Counted from the first letter of the stretch, positions 35,339 through 48,765 are shown. The stretch: DNA of 64,000 nt from Mycoplasmatales bacterium (GCA_965261505.1 OZ253448.1:394807-458806); one strand, 5' to 3'. The notes: generated from the sequence alone by a model not told the origin. Translations and numbers: made by a program.

Positions 35339-36463
35339 TTAAGTTTGATTTAGCTTGATAATAAATTTTTGGCTAAAGGTTCCATAAAAATGATTAATTA
35401 AACTTTGTTTATTAACAATAAGTGATCATTCTGCTTTGTTACTATATTTAGTTACCCAATTTAAATTATTCATTTCAGCTTGCAAATTTGGCACAGAAAC
35501 CTCTCCTGGTGTTATAGTTCCTGAAGACAGAATTTCTTGTAATTTAGTATTAATAGCCTTATTAATTTGCTTAATTACCTTCACTTGCTGGCTTGGAGTT
35601 ATATTTGCTAAATCTATATCGCTAGGAACATTATTAACCTGAAGGGTATTATTAGTAAGCGTGCTTGAAAAATCATTTATACTATAACCTTGAATCCCAT
35701 ACATATTTGAAATAACATTTTGCGATGGTCTACTAGTTCCAATAATTTGACTGATAGGATTAATGGGAACAAAATTACCTAAGGGTCTTGCTTTTGATGT
35801 TTTTGTTATATTTGTGTTAGGTTTTAAATCCTTGGGAGGGCTTCCTGAATAATCTCCTTCATTTGCATTTCTCCCCTTAACGATTTTGTTAAGTTCAGCT
35901 TGAGTCATTCCTTTAGCTAAAGGTACATTTCTTAGTGCTGCATAAACTTTTCCCTCATATACTTCTCTGATCCAAGCAATATCACTTAGAGTGATAGAAG
36001 CAGGATTACTAACTCCTATTTCTGGTCTATCAGAACCTTGAAAAGCTTTAGTAACATCTGTTTTATTACCAAACATAATTTCATAAGGAGTAGATGCTAC
36101 ACTTTTAAAAATACTAGAACTGGCAGTACTTGTAATATTAAAAGTAATAGGAGCTGTTATTTTTTGACTATCTTTAATCAAAGAAGCTAAATCATAATTA
36201 TAATCTACAGCATTAACAGCTTTTTCTTTTAGACCGTTTTCACTAAGATAGTTATTAATTTGGTTTGTAATATCAGTTCCTACTTTTTTTTCTAAATCTA
36301 AAACTCCTGGTTGATGAATAGTTTGATGAAGCAAATTATAATGAAAAGGTTTCATTTTAATAGCATTTAATTTTGGTACAAACTGGTCACAAGCTACAAC
36401 CATAAAAGCAGGTTGACTTACTAAAGCAAAAGTAGTTAATAATTTTAAACAAAGCTTAATCAT
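35339..36463 (-). CDS. Putative lipoprotein
   Basis: MIKLCLKLLTTFALVSQPAFMVVAC. The track ORF end at 35426 is a TGA, and reading continues to TAA 35339-35341. Confidence 0.75.
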
Positions 36464-36502
36464 AATAAACCCTTCCTTTTAATCTTATTTTAATTATAAA
36501 GC

Positions 36503-38011
36503 TTATTTATTTTTTAAAACAGGAAATAAAATGACATCTTTAATTGAATGACTATTAGTAAGAAGCATTACCAAGCGATCAATGCCAATTCCCATTCCTC
36601 CTGTAGGAGGGAGACCATACTCTAAGCACTCCACATAATCCATATCAACCAAATGGCTTTCATGGTCTCCTTTTTCTCTTTGCGAGGCTTGTTGTTCAAA
36701 GCGGGCTAATTGGTCAATTGGATCATTCAATTCAGAAAAAGCATTGGCATATTCTTTTCCTGCAATAAATAATTCAAACCGATCTGTAAAACGAGGATCT
36801 GTTTTATTTCTTTTAGCAAGCGGAGAAATTTCGACTGGATAGTGATAAATAAAAGTAGGTTCAATTAAGTTTGGCTCTATATAATGATCAAATAATGCTT
36901 CCATAATTTGCCCTACATTGCTAATATGATCCTCTAATTCAATAGGTAGTTTTGCTACTAAAGCCTTTACTTGTTCAAAAGAAAGGTTTTGTTCAAAATC
37001 TATTCCCGTGGCTTCTTTAAGAGCGTCAGTTAGCTTAACTTTTGCAAAAGGTTGATTAAGATTAATTTCATGTTCTTGAGTCTGAACAATTAAATGTTCT
37101 TTATTATTAAGGACTTTAGAAGCACATTCTCTAATTAGTTCTTCGCAGATTTGCATCATATAATTCATATCCTCAAAAGCAGCATAAAGTTCAATAGTAG
37201 TAAATTCAGGATTATGACTTGAATCTATTCCTTCATTACGAAACAGTCTCCCTATTTCATAAACTTTTTCTAATCCTCCTACAATTAACCTTTTCAAATG
37301 CAGCTCTGTAGCAATTCTTAAATATAAATCCATTCCTAAAGCATTATGATGAGTTTTAAAGGGGCGTGCTAAGGCTCCTCCATGCATTTTTTGCATAATC
37401 GGAGTTTCGACTTCTAAATATCCTCTAGCATCTAAAAAAGCTTGAATAGTACGGATAATTTTAGTACGCATGATAAAGACTTTTTGCACTTCTTTATTAA
37501 CTAATAAATCAAGGTAACGCTTTCGATAGCGTTCCTCTACATTATGTAACCCTTGGAATTTATCTGGTAGCACTTTTAAAGCTTTACTTAATAAAATTCA
37601 TTTTTGAACTCGAATTGTTAGCTCTTGAGTATTAGTTTTCATAGCATAACCTGTAACTCCGATAATATCTCCTAAATCTAAATCACACAAAGCATTAAAA
37701 CTTTGCTCTCCAATTTCATTAATACGAGCATAAAGTTGTACTTTATGGTTTTGGTCACTAATAGTTAAAAAAGATGACTTTCCTGCTTGCCGAATACTTC
37801 TAATGCGTCCTGCTATTTTAACGATTTCTGCTTGTTTAGTAGTTAATTCTTCTTTGCTAAAAGGATGATATGTTTGATAAAAAGCAGTAATATCATGACT
37901 ACGATGAAAGCTTGTGACTAAAAAAGGGTCTGCTTGTGTTTGTTGAAGTTTAGTTAGTTTTTGTCTTCTAATTAATTCCTGTTCTGTAAAATGACGTTTT
38001 GTTTGAGACAT
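36503..38011 (-). CDS. lysS: Lysine--tRNA ligase (class II)
   Basis: Two track ORFs share a frame and join by TGA. ..FRNEGID.., ..GGMGIGIDRL.. class II motifs. Confidence 0.95.
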
Positions 38012-38105
38012 ATAAAATAAAAAAAAATTTATGTTTAAAGATATATATAGTTAAAGTTATTTTATTATAAGAAATATTATTTCTTTTTCTTTTAAAAAAA
38101 TAAAT

Positions 38106-38756
38106 ATGGAAAAAATTATGAAAGTTTTAATTAATTTCGGAAGCACTCGTAGTTACATAGATCCTGTTCGTTTTTTAACTAATGCTTCTTCTGGTAAAAC
38201 AGGGATTCTTTTAGCTTATGCTTTAGAAGACTGTTATTTTAATGTTAAGGCGATTGTAGGAGATGCAAAAGTTAACCTTAAAAAACTTAATTATGAAAGA
38301 GCCTACACAAATGAGGCTATGCTTAAGGCTATGCAAAAAGAAATTAACGAAGCTGATGTTGTAATTTTTTGTGCTGCTATAGCTGATTACAAACCACAAG
38401 TCTTTTCTGAGCAAAAAATTCAAAAGGCTCAATATCCTAACCTTAATATTAAATTAGAGCCTAATTTAAACATCATAGGTGAGTTAGCTAAAAATAAAAA
38501 AACTCATCAAATATGAATAGGTTTTAGTTGCCAAGAAGACTGATCAATCACAACAGCTTATCAAAAGCTAATAAATTCAAGCTTAGATTACTTATTAATT
38601 AACCTCAGAAATGTAATTAACAGTCATAACACCCATCTTAAAATGATTAATTCGCAAAAAACTATTTTATGAGAAAAGCAAGGACCTAAAAAAGAAGTTA
38701 TGCCTGAATTAGCTTATTATATAAAAGAACTTCTTCAAAAAAATAGTTATGAGTAA
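38106..38756 (+). CDS. coaB: Phosphopantothenate--cysteine ligase (stand-alone CoaB)
   Basis: ..DPVRFLTNASSGKTG.. and ..AAIADYKP.. CoaB motifs. Continues through TGAs to TAA 38754-38756. Confidence 0.78.
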
Positions 38757-39399
38757 TAATCTTTCAAAAGCAGGTTTTACAATTGAAACTCATACCGATC
38801 AACATAAGCCAAGAATAGCAATGGCTATTGGGGCAACAATGGCCACTCCTAAGGGAGCTACTTTAGCGTTAAAACTTGCTAAATTAGGGCATGTTGACTT
38901 ACTTTTAAGTTTTAATATAAAACATTTTTTAGACCAAGCCTTGATTCATAAATTAAAAAACACTAATAATATTAAAGTTTATGATAAATTGTTTTTCAAG
39001 AGTCCATATGAAAAAAAGGATTATATGTGGCATTGTGAAGTAGCACAAAGAGCTTGTTTTTTTATAGCTTATCCTGCTAGTGCTAATCAATTAGCAAAAT
39101 TTAACCTTGGTTTTCTCAATGATTGTGCAAGCTTAGTTTTTCATGCTTTACCTAATTCTACTTTAAAAGTAATTAGCTGTGCTCTTAATAATCATATTTA
39201 CTTTAGCACTGCTGTACAAAAAAACATAAAAAATTTAATGAAATTAAAAGAAATTATCTTTATTAAACCTAGAAAAGGAGAGCTTGCTTGTAGTCAAGGA
39301 GAGGATGCTATGGGAAGAGCATTAGAAGCAGAAAAAATTTTTGAACTGCTTAAAAATATAACTTCTTCTCTTCCTCAGCATTGTTTTAAAATTAATTAA
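38749..39399 (+). CDS. coaC: Phosphopantothenoylcysteine decarboxylase-like flavoprotein (stand-alone, divergent CoaC)
   Basis: ..YPASANQLAKFNLGFLNDCAS.. and ..GELACSQGEDAMGRAL.. Start overlaps the coaB stop (ATGAGTAA). Confidence 0.72.
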   Translation: MSNNLSKAGFTIETHTDQHKPRIAMAIGATMATPKGATLALKLAKLGHVDLLLSFNIKHFLDQALIHKLKNTNNIKVYDKLFFKSPYEKKDYMWHCEVAQRACFFIAYPASANQLAKFNLGFLNDCASLVFHALPNSTLKVISCALNNHIYFSTAVQKNIKNLMKLKEIIFIKPRKGELACSQGEDAMGRALEAEKIFELLKNITSSLPQHCFKIN

Positions 39400-39427
39400 A
39401 TTTTAAACAAAAAATTAAGCTTTACGC

Positions 39428-40423
39428 TCAATCAATTTCGTCAGGAGATTTACGTTCTTTATTATATTTAATTTCGTCAATTCTTCCTTCTCTCACATGG
39501 CAGACAATATCTGCTATTTCAGCAATAAAAGGGTTATGGGTTACTAGAATAATAGTGGTTTTATATTTACGGTTAATTTCTAAAAGAATTTTTAAAACAA
39601 TTCTTCCCATTTTTTCATCTAAAGCTCCAGTAGGCTCATCCCCAAACAGAATGCGAGGATTTTTAGCTAAAGCCCGAGCAATTGAAACCCTTTGTTGTTC
39701 CCCTCCAGATAATTGATGGGGGTATTTATGTTTTTGGGGGGTCATCCCAATTGTTTCAAAAATTTCATCAATAGTATATAACTTACTTTTTTTACTAGCT
39801 AAATTACCTCCTACTTCAGCATTTTCACGAGCAGTTAAATTAGTTAAAAGATTATATTGTTGAAAAACAAAACCTAAATATTTTCTTCTTAATTTAGTTA
39901 AGTCCACATCTCGCATTAATGACAGGTTATGTCCAAGGACACAGACATCTCCTTCTGTAGCCTTATCTAAGCCAGAAATCAGGTTAAGTAAGGTAGTTTT
40001 CCCACATCCAGAAGGTCCTAAAATAACCACAAACCCTCCCTTAGTAATTTTAAGGTCTAGTCCTTTTAAAACAGGTGTTTCTAAATCTCCACTAATGTAT
40101 GATTTTTTTACATTAAATAATTCAATATCATATTTTGCAAGGTTAGGCTTCTCTTTAGTGGTAGTAGTAATAACATCTCCTTTAAGAATTTTTTTAGAAT
40201 ATTTTCTACTATCAATGTTTTGTTGTTTAAGTTTAGATTTAAGATCCCTTATTTTAACAATGTTTTCATTTTTAAGCTGTTTATTTTTTTGCTTTATTGC
40301 TCATTGCTTTGCTTTTTCATCAGTTTTCTTTTTAATTTGAGCTATTTTTTCAGCAGAAACTTTTTTCTTTTCTTTTGTTTTTTTAGGTTCTTTATCTAAA
40401 ACTGGTTTTGCTTTTGTTGCCAT
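39428..40423 (-). CDS. ABC transporter ATP-binding protein (MacB/LolD-like) with Lys-rich N-terminal extension
   Basis: Walker A GPSGCGKTT, signature LSGGEQQR, Walker B ILFGDEP. About 95 aa of K-rich N-terminus from ATG 40423. Confidence 0.9.
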
Positions 40424-40531
40424 AAGAGTAATTAACGAAAAATTATATTAAGATATTTTGTTTAAAATAAAACAAATTTATTTAATACATTTTATGCTTT
40501 ATTGCTTAAAAAAACTAATTTTTATTAAAAA

Positions 40532-41590
40532 TTAAGCTATTAAGGATTTATCTGCTATTTTGTTAGACTTTCTAATTTGCTTTTCTAATTTTGATCATTT
40601 ATTAGGAATTGATGTATTAATAAATTTTTTAAAATCATCTATTTCTTTAGTAAGGCTTTTAATACAATCATGTCATTCTTTAATGTTTTTTATTTCATCT
40701 TCCTTATTAATTCAAAATTTTCTTGCTTCTTCATTTTTTCTTCATCCTAATAATGTAATCAGTAGCGTGCTGGGTCCACAAATAATAACTTTTTGCTGCT
40801 GGCTATATTCCACAATTTTTTGATAAAAATTATTAAAAATTTCTATTCATATCGCTTCAGAAGGAAGGTACATAATAGCATAGCTTGTTTTATATTTTGG
40901 AGCAATATATTTTGTAATATCATTAATCTTCTTTTTTACTGCTACAGCAAAATCATTTGCACTAGTTTTTCTATCTTTATAATTTAAAAAAACTTCATTT
41001 GGGAATTTACTATCAATAGGAATTAACTCATTATTAATATGAACCATCACATCTGGGTTAAGATTAGTACTATCTGCTGATTTCAAGGCATATTGTCTTT
41101 CTCATAAGTTATTTTTTTCTATACTTCCTCCCTTCCCAAGCACATTTTCCAGCATTTTTTCAAGTAATATTTCTCCTGTAGCTCCTACCTTTTGGTTACT
41201 TAAAAAGAGATTACTAATTTTAGTTAAGGTACCTACAGCATCTTCACTACTTTTGTTAAGATTTTCTATTTTGTTTTTTATTTTGTTTTCAAAATCCTTT
41301 AATGTTATTTTAAAGTTGTCTTGTTTTTCAAGAGATGATTCTTGTGATGAAAGAATGTTTTGATTATGAGTAGATAATGTTGCAAGATCTTTTATGATTT
41401 GACTAATATTATTGTTTATGTTTAAAATATTAGTATTATCTTGTTGGTTTTCTGGAAGGTCTTTTTGTTCTTGTTGCTTGATAGCTTTATTTTTATAACC
41501 GATTCATTTAATTAAAAATACTAAAGCCATCACTAAAGCAAAAAAGACTAAAATTGCCACAACTACAACGATAATTTCTCAAGTTGTCAT
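40532..41590 (-). CDS. rmuC: DNA recombination protein RmuC
   Basis: N-terminal TM helix, coiled-coil region, and C-terminal ..IPIDSKFP...AIMYLPSEAIW.. nuclease-like domain. Fragments are in one frame (1059 nt). Confidence 0.82.
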
Positions 41591-41686
41591 ATTTTATATA
41601 TAAATAATTTGTTTTTATTAATTAAGAAAAGACTTATAATCTTCTTTTAAGATTATATATTTTTTTATAGCTTTATATTTACAACA

Positions 41687-41710
41687 AAAAACCTGTTAAA
41701 GGCAGGTTTT
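41687..41710 (-). terminator. Rho-independent terminator after GH18 gene 1
   Basis: aaaacctg / ttaaaggc / caggtttt forms a stem. On the minus strand a T-run follows (ttttttgttg). Confidence 0.6.
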
Positions 41711-41737
41711 AAAGCGTAATTAATTAAACCAAAACTT

Positions 41738-43120
41738 TTAACTTTGATAACCAAAGACACTTTTTCAAATGTTAGCAAAATCATTGGGTTGTTGGTACAG
41801 ACCAGAATTATAGTTGCTGACATACCAGCTTGCTTGAGCTTTAGCAGGGTTTGGAGAAGCGATATCACGGTTAGAATCTCAAAAGGATCCTAAAACAACA
41901 GTGTGTTTATGAGCTCAAGCTGCTACTTTCATTAAATCGTATTTGTAAAAGATTTGTCCTTTCACATCGTTCATCCCAAGCATAGGCGTAATCCCAAGGT
42001 GTTGAGTTAAAATTGCATGAGCATTTAAATGAAAATGTTTTTTAGCTCATAAAGCTGCTGTTCCTTGAGCAGTTTTTTTTGCAACTACAATTGCTGCTTG
42101 TCCCATTTCATACCGAGAGGAAGTTAAGCCATAATCCATTGCCATAATGTTAATAATCGGCATATGGTTTAGGTTAGACCCTAAAAGGGTATAAGGCTTA
42201 GCAAAAACTGGGTTAATCCCTTGGGGTTCATGAGGACCTACAACAATAGTTAAAGAAATAGCTTGCTTTGGATACTCAGCTTGTACATTATTAATTGCTT
42301 TTGATAAATTAATTAAGCCTAAACTATCAGTAAGTTCTGCTCCTTCTATATCAAAATCTAAACGACTAGTATGATATTTAGCCACTGTAAATTTTAAAAC
42401 TTTAGTAATAGCTTTTACTGTAGCTCCTGTAGGGTCTCCTCCATGTCAAATAGGAGTACCTGCTTCTCCTCCAAAAGAAGCAGCTACTTGTCCTCCGTTT
42501 TGACGAAACTTTTTAATTGCTTGGTTAATAACTTTTACTTTTTTGGAAGGGTGACCAGTCATAATAGCTTTATTTTTAAACCCTCCTCAGGCTGCTTCTA
42601 CTCCTTGCTTGCTGGCATTTTGGATAAACCCAAGCGTTACTCCTGGAATATGAGCTTTAGTTAATTTTGCTAATTCAACAGCAGGGTGCAAATTAATATC
42701 AATGTAGGGAGCTACCATGTGTTGGTATGAATCTTTTTTTTGTAAAGTAACCTTGATCGTTTTTTGAAGTTTGGCTCCAATATGGGTGATAATTTTTACT
42801 GCTTTTCCTGCTTGTAGAGTGGGTCCGCTAAAAGTAAGAGCTCTTGCATCTTGAGGGTGAATGTTTAAATGGTTATCAGTTTGGTATGAATTATTGTAAC
42901 GAATTGCTTCAAAAATACTTTTTATAGTTTGTTTGTTGGTTACATCAGGACTATTAGTAGAACTAATGTAATAATTATTTTTAACCATTGCTTTAGCAAT
43001 TCTTTGGTCTTGTTTGGCATTAGACACTAGCACGCCAGAACCGCTACTAAAAGCGGTCATGCTAATTCCTGTAGATCCCATTAAAAGACTACAGCTTAAA
43101 ATTTTTAATAGTTTTTTCAT
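41738..43120 (-). CDS. Secreted GH18-like glycosidase with one N-terminal lipoprotein-family module
   Basis: Signal peptide MKKLLKILSCSLLMGSTGISMTAFS. Track ORFs 42587..43120 and 42047..42385 are in frame. SRLDFDIEG at 42344..42367 (xDxDxE). TAA at 41738-41740. Confidence 0.75.
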
Positions 43121-43201
43121 AGTTTTCCTCTATTTTGATTTTGTTTTAATTATAAATCAATCTTAAAGCAAACTACTAAAAACAAGGCTTTGGTTGTAAA
43201 A

Positions 43202-46200
43202 CTAGCTTTGGTTTCCAAACACAGTGTTTCAAATGCTAGCAAAATCTCCTGTTTCTTGGTACAGTCCTGAGTTAGAAAGGTCTACTTGCCATCCTAAACG
43301 AGAAGCAGTTGGGTTAAGAGCTGCAAAATCACTGTTCGCATCCCAGTAACCAATTCATTTCACATGGTTTTGGTTGGCTCAAGCTGCTACTTTCATAGCA
43401 TCATATTTAAAGAAGATTTGCCCCCGTGTATCATTTAGTCCCAGCATTGGAGTAATTCCAAAGTATTGATTTAAAACATCTTGCCCACTTAAACCAAATT
43501 TTGCTTTTGCAAACAAGCTAGAAGTAGTATTGGCTGTATCTTGAGCTGTTTTAATGGCTCCGTCTCCCATGTCTTGACCTGTTCAGCCTGACCCAAAGTC
43601 CATTGCCATCACATTAATGATTGGCATTTTATCAAAAGCGTTTCCCATTGCTGCAAATGGTTTAGCAAACAATGGATTAATTCCTGCACTCTCGTTAGCG
43701 TCACTAGCCACGGTTAAAGAAATAGTTAAGTTAGGAAATTCCTTTTGAATGTTATTAGAAGCTTGAGCTAAGTTAACTAGCCCTGCAGTATCAGTCAGTT
43801 CTGCTCCTTCAATGTCATAATCAAGGCGGTCAGGACTATAAGTAGTCACAATTAGTTTTAAAGCATTAGTAATAGCTTCTACAGTTGCTCCGCCTGCATC
43901 TCCTCCTGCTCAAATTGGTTGACCAGATGCTCCTCCTAGTGAAATAGCATAGTTCCCTCCAGCTGCTTTGTATGCCTTAAGGTTTGATGTTAGCCCTTGC
44001 ATTTGTTCTGAAGTAGACTTACCAATTTCTAAGGAAGCTAATCCTCCTCAGGCAGGAGTTACGCCATGCCCTGCCGTAACATTTTGGATAAATGCCAGAG
44101 TTGCGTTTTTAACATTTTGTTTGATTAATGTTGCTAAATTATAAGTAGGTCAAGCCAGCACATCCACAAAAGGTGAAACAAAATGTTTATAACTTGGGTC
44201 TTGTTTTTGTAAAGTGACTTTAATGGCTTTAGTGTATTTACCATTGCCAATGTTTGCTGTAATATCTACTGCTACTCCAGGTTGTAAGGCTGGACCACTA
44301 AAAGTAATTTCAGAAGCATCACTAGTCTTAATGTTTTTAGTGTTGTTCATACTAAAGGAGTTATTATAACGGATCGCATTAAAAATGCTTGCTCTAGTAG
44401 TTTCATTAGTAACAGAAGGATTATTAGAAGCTGCTATGTAATAGTTATTATTAACCATGTTTTGATCTATTGCTTGATCAATAGGTAAAGCACGGAATAA
44501 AGTAATATTTAAAGTAGTGCTAGCAGAAGTTTGTCCTGAGACATTAGAAGTAGCTTGTACTGAAACTGCTTGTCCTGCAATAAGGGTAGCTTTAGCAAAG
44601 CTAAGGCTTTGGGCTTCATATAAAGGAAGGGCAGGGTTAGCAGTAACAATTGCTTGTTGCAAGGCTGCTATCGTATCTGGATTAGAAGTATCTGGGTCAG
44701 TTCCTGTCGGAACAGTAATGTCTTTAGTTTTAATGCCATCAATTACTTGTTTAGGACTAAAAGCTGTTTCTAAAGTAACAACTAATTTTTTTGTGCCTGG
44801 GAATTGATGTCCCCATGGATCAATAATAATTTGCCCTGCTACTGCTTTCCCTGCTACCAACACTCCGTTAAAAGTCATTTTAGCAAGCATTCAATCTGTT
44901 AGTCATGGGTTAGCTGCTTTTAGTTTAGTTTTTAAAAGAGCAGTAGTAGTAGGGTCATCAAAAGAAGTTTTAGTTCCGGCAGGCACAGAAAGGTTGTTAT
45001 TAATAACATAAGCTAAAATATCATTAGGAGTAGCAGGATTAGGAATAGGGGAAGCAGATAAAGTAATATGTAAAACTTTAGAAGCTTGTTGGGTCCCTAT
45101 GTAACTGGTAATATTGACATTACTTACTGCTCCTGCAGTTAATGTAGCTTGAGCAAATGCTAAAGTACCCATATCTGCATCTGTTAGTTTTGGATTATCT
45201 TGTCTTAACACATAGATTAATAAGGCTAAAGTAGAGGCATTATGCGTATCTGGATTTACTCCTTGGTACAAGGTTAAATTAGGGTTAGTAATTTTATCAA
45301 TTACTGCTTGTGGTCCTTGCGGAGTGGGACCTGGTTTATTTGCTAAAGTTACTTGTAAATTAGTTTGAGCTGAAGGTGCCCCTGTAGATTGAGAAATAAC
45401 AGTAACATTAACAGCTTGGCCTACTACTAAAGTAGCACTACTATAGCTCAAAGTACTAAGATCATGATTATTTAAGCTAGGGTTAGCACTTTGTAAGGCT
45501 TCACATAAAGTAATAACAGTTGCTGGGTTAGTAGTACTTGGATTAGTTCCATTAGGGACACTAATGTTTGTGTCTTTAATTTTAGCAATTACTGCTTTTG
45601 GAGTATCTTGTGCTTTGTTAATGTTGGTTCATTTTTGGGGAGGAGCAGGTTGGGTTGCAAGGGTTACTTGTAAATTAGCTTGAGCTGAAGGTGCTCCTGT
45701 AGATTGAGAAGTAACAGTAACACTAACAGCTTGCCCTACTTCTAAAGTAGTACTACTATAACTTAAAGTAGTAAGATCTTGACTAGTTAAGGTAGGGTTA
45801 GCAGTTTGTAAAGCTTGGTTTAAAGCAGTAACAGTTGCTGGATTAGTAGTACTTGGATTAGTTCCTTTAGGCACACTAATATTTTTATTTTTGATTTTAT
45901 TAATTACTGCTTTTGGAGTATCTTGTCCTGGAGTAATATTATGCATTGATGGGTTAATATTATACATTGCTGGTTTAATGTTTGATTCAGGGATAGGTTT
46001 ACCAGTTAAGGCTACATTTAAAACAATTGATGCTTGTGGGTCTTGTGCATCAGAATATTTAGATGTAACAGTAACTCTAACAGCCTTGTCTGCTACTAAA
46101 GTAGCCTTACTATAACTTAAAGTAGAAAGATCTTGACTAGTTAAGCTAGAGTTAGCTTTTCATAAAGCTTGGTTTAAGGCATTAATAGTTTGTTGATTCG

Positions 46201-46417
46201 TTGTGTCTGGATTAGTATTATAAGGAACAGAAATATCTGTATTTGTTATTTTACTAATAATAAACTTGGGTGCATCTCTTGAAGCATTATTGGCGTAATT
46301 AGTGTCCTTTATATTATTCTTCCCTCCACCCCCATTGCTATTTGAGCATGCTACTGCGGTAGAAGCTGATGCTCCCGCAACAGTTAAAGCTGCAAGTAAT
46401 TGCATTAATTTTTTCAT
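43202..46417 (-). CDS. 1071-aa lipoprotein: seven family modules plus a C-terminal GH18-like domain
   Basis: MKKLMQLLAALTVAGASASTAVAC. Six track ORFs are all in one frame and every junction is TGA. DRLDYDIEG (DxxDxDxE) at 43808..43831. TAG at 43202-43204. Confidence 0.82.
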
Positions 46418-46527
46418 ATTGTTCCTTTTATTTTGTATTTATAAGTAAGTTAATTTTACCATAAAAAAAGACTATGCAATTATAGTCTAAAAAGCTTATT
46501 AAAACAAAGAAAATAAATGGTTTTAGT

Positions 46528-48765
46528 TTATTTAGTTTTTTTAGTGGCTTGGTCTTTTTTAGCAGGCGTTTCTTTTTTGGGTTTAGTTTTAGGTTTAGGT
46601 TGAACTGCTACTTTTGTGGGGGAAACTTTTTTGTTAGTTTTAGAAATTGTAGAACTTTGAGGAGTACTATGCGGTTTGATTTCAATGATGTCTCCTGCAG
46701 CTTTTTTCTTAGCATGTTCTTCTGCTTGTTTTTGTGCTTGAACCACACTTGGAGGCAATTTCATGTATTTATCAATGTATTCAATGTCTTCTGCTGAAAT
46801 AATTTCTTTATAACGAAGGGCTAAAGCTAATAAATCAAGAAGTTCTCTGTTTTCTTTAATTGTTTTTAAAGCTATGACATAGCTTCGATCAAAGATATTT
46901 TTAATTTCTTGATCAATTTGATGAGCTACTTCATCAGAATAAGCTTTATTGAAACTTTGCGAAACAGTTTGTTCATCTTCTAATTCAATCATTCCTAACG
47001 GGCTCATCCCAAACTTAACTATCATTTTTCTTGCAAGATAAGTGGCTTTTTTAAAGTCATCATGAGCTCCAGTAGTAATTTGGTCTTTACCAAAAATGAT
47101 TTCTTCTGAAGCTCGCCCTCCTAAAAAGCAAGTAATTTGTCCTAGTAATTGTTTTTTACTTTGGAAGACATTTTCTTCTTCTGGAGCCATCACAGTGTAT
47201 CCTCCTGCAGCACCCCTTGGAATAATAGTAATTTTTTGGACTTTATTCCCGTATTTTAGTTTAATTCCTAATAGGGCATGACCTGCTTCATGGTAAGACA
47301 CAATTTTTTTATCAATAACACTATAAGTACGAGATTTTTTAGCAGGTCCTCCTACTACCCGATCAATCGCTTCTTCTAAAATCTCATTATCAATCATTTT
47401 TTTATTATTCCGCACTGCTAAAATAGCTGCTTCATTTAAGACATTTTCTAGTTGTGCTCCACTAAAGCCTGGCGTAATTTGAGCTAAGCGATAAAAGTCT
47501 ACAGAAGATGAAATGTTTTTATTAGCTGCGTGAAGTTTAAGAATTGCTTCTCTTTCTTTTTGCACAGGAAGCGTCACTGTAATTTTTCTGTCAAACCTAC
47601 CTGGTCTTAAAAGAGCTGTGTCAAGGACATGAGCCATGTTACTAGCAGCAATGACGATAATTCCTGTGTTAGTACTAAACCCATCTAGTTCTACTAATAA
47701 TTGGTTTAAAGTTTGTTCTCCTGTGGCGTTTCCAAAGCCTTTATCTCTTTTGCGTCCAATTGCATCAATTTCATCAATAAAGACAATACATGGAGCGTTC
47801 TTTTTAGCTTCTTGGAACATACTTCTAATTCGAGAGGCTCCTAGTCCGACAAACACTTCTTCAAATTCAGAACCAGAAACAGCATAAAAAGGTACCCCTG
47901 CTTCCCCTGCTACTGCTTTAGCAAGCAGGGTTTTCCCAGTTCCTGGAGGTCCTTCTAATAAAACTCCTTTTGGTACCCGCGCTCCAGCTGAGGCATATTT
48001 TTGGGGTTGTTTTAAATAATCTACTAACTCTATTAGTTCGTCTTTTTCGTCTTTAATTCCTGCGACATCTTTAAAAGTTAATTTAGACTCAGCCCTTTTA
48101 GCTTTGTTTCCTCCCATCCTGAATGGGTTCATCCCTCCACTTTGAGCTTTCATCATAACTCTTAAGAAGAAAATAAATAAGATTGCAAATAAGACTCAAG
48201 GAACAATCGCAATTAAAGCAGACTCTCATGTAGGGACATAAGTACGATCAGTAAATAAAAACTGATTAACTAAAGGAGCTTTATAACTTTTATCTTTTTC
48301 ATTATAAGCTGCTATGTAAAAAATATCAGTGTTGCTATTAATGGAAGCCCCAGATCAGTCATCAGGACGAGGAGCTTCTGAGTACCAATCTTTAATTTGA
48401 TATCTTCATTTATTGAGACTAGTAGTATCAAATTGAGCTTGATAAGCCACTTTATTATCGTTTGCTAAAGTTAGCACTCCTGAAATAACAGTTGTGTTAT
48501 TTCCTTTTGAGCCTTGAGCTGTAAAGCTTGTAATAACTTGTCCTTTATATGTAGCTTCGGCGTAACCAGGATCTGATCCACTTGGTTTTTTTCCGTCCGC
48601 AAAATTCATTCTTGCTTCGTTATAAACAATGCTTTTGTACTCATTTACTCCAAGCTGAGCTACATTTGACCTAGACCATACTACAACTAAAACTATGATG
48701 GCAGCAATTACAATCAGAGCAACCACAACCATTAAGATAATGTTTTTTTTATTTTTTGAATTCAA
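46528..48765 (-). CDS. ftsH: ATP-dependent zinc metalloprotease FtsH
   Basis: GPPGTGKT, ..IVFIDEIDA.., HEAGH. Track ORFs 48406..48765 and 46528..48156 share a frame. TTG start. Lys/Pro-rich C-terminal tail. Confidence 0.95.
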
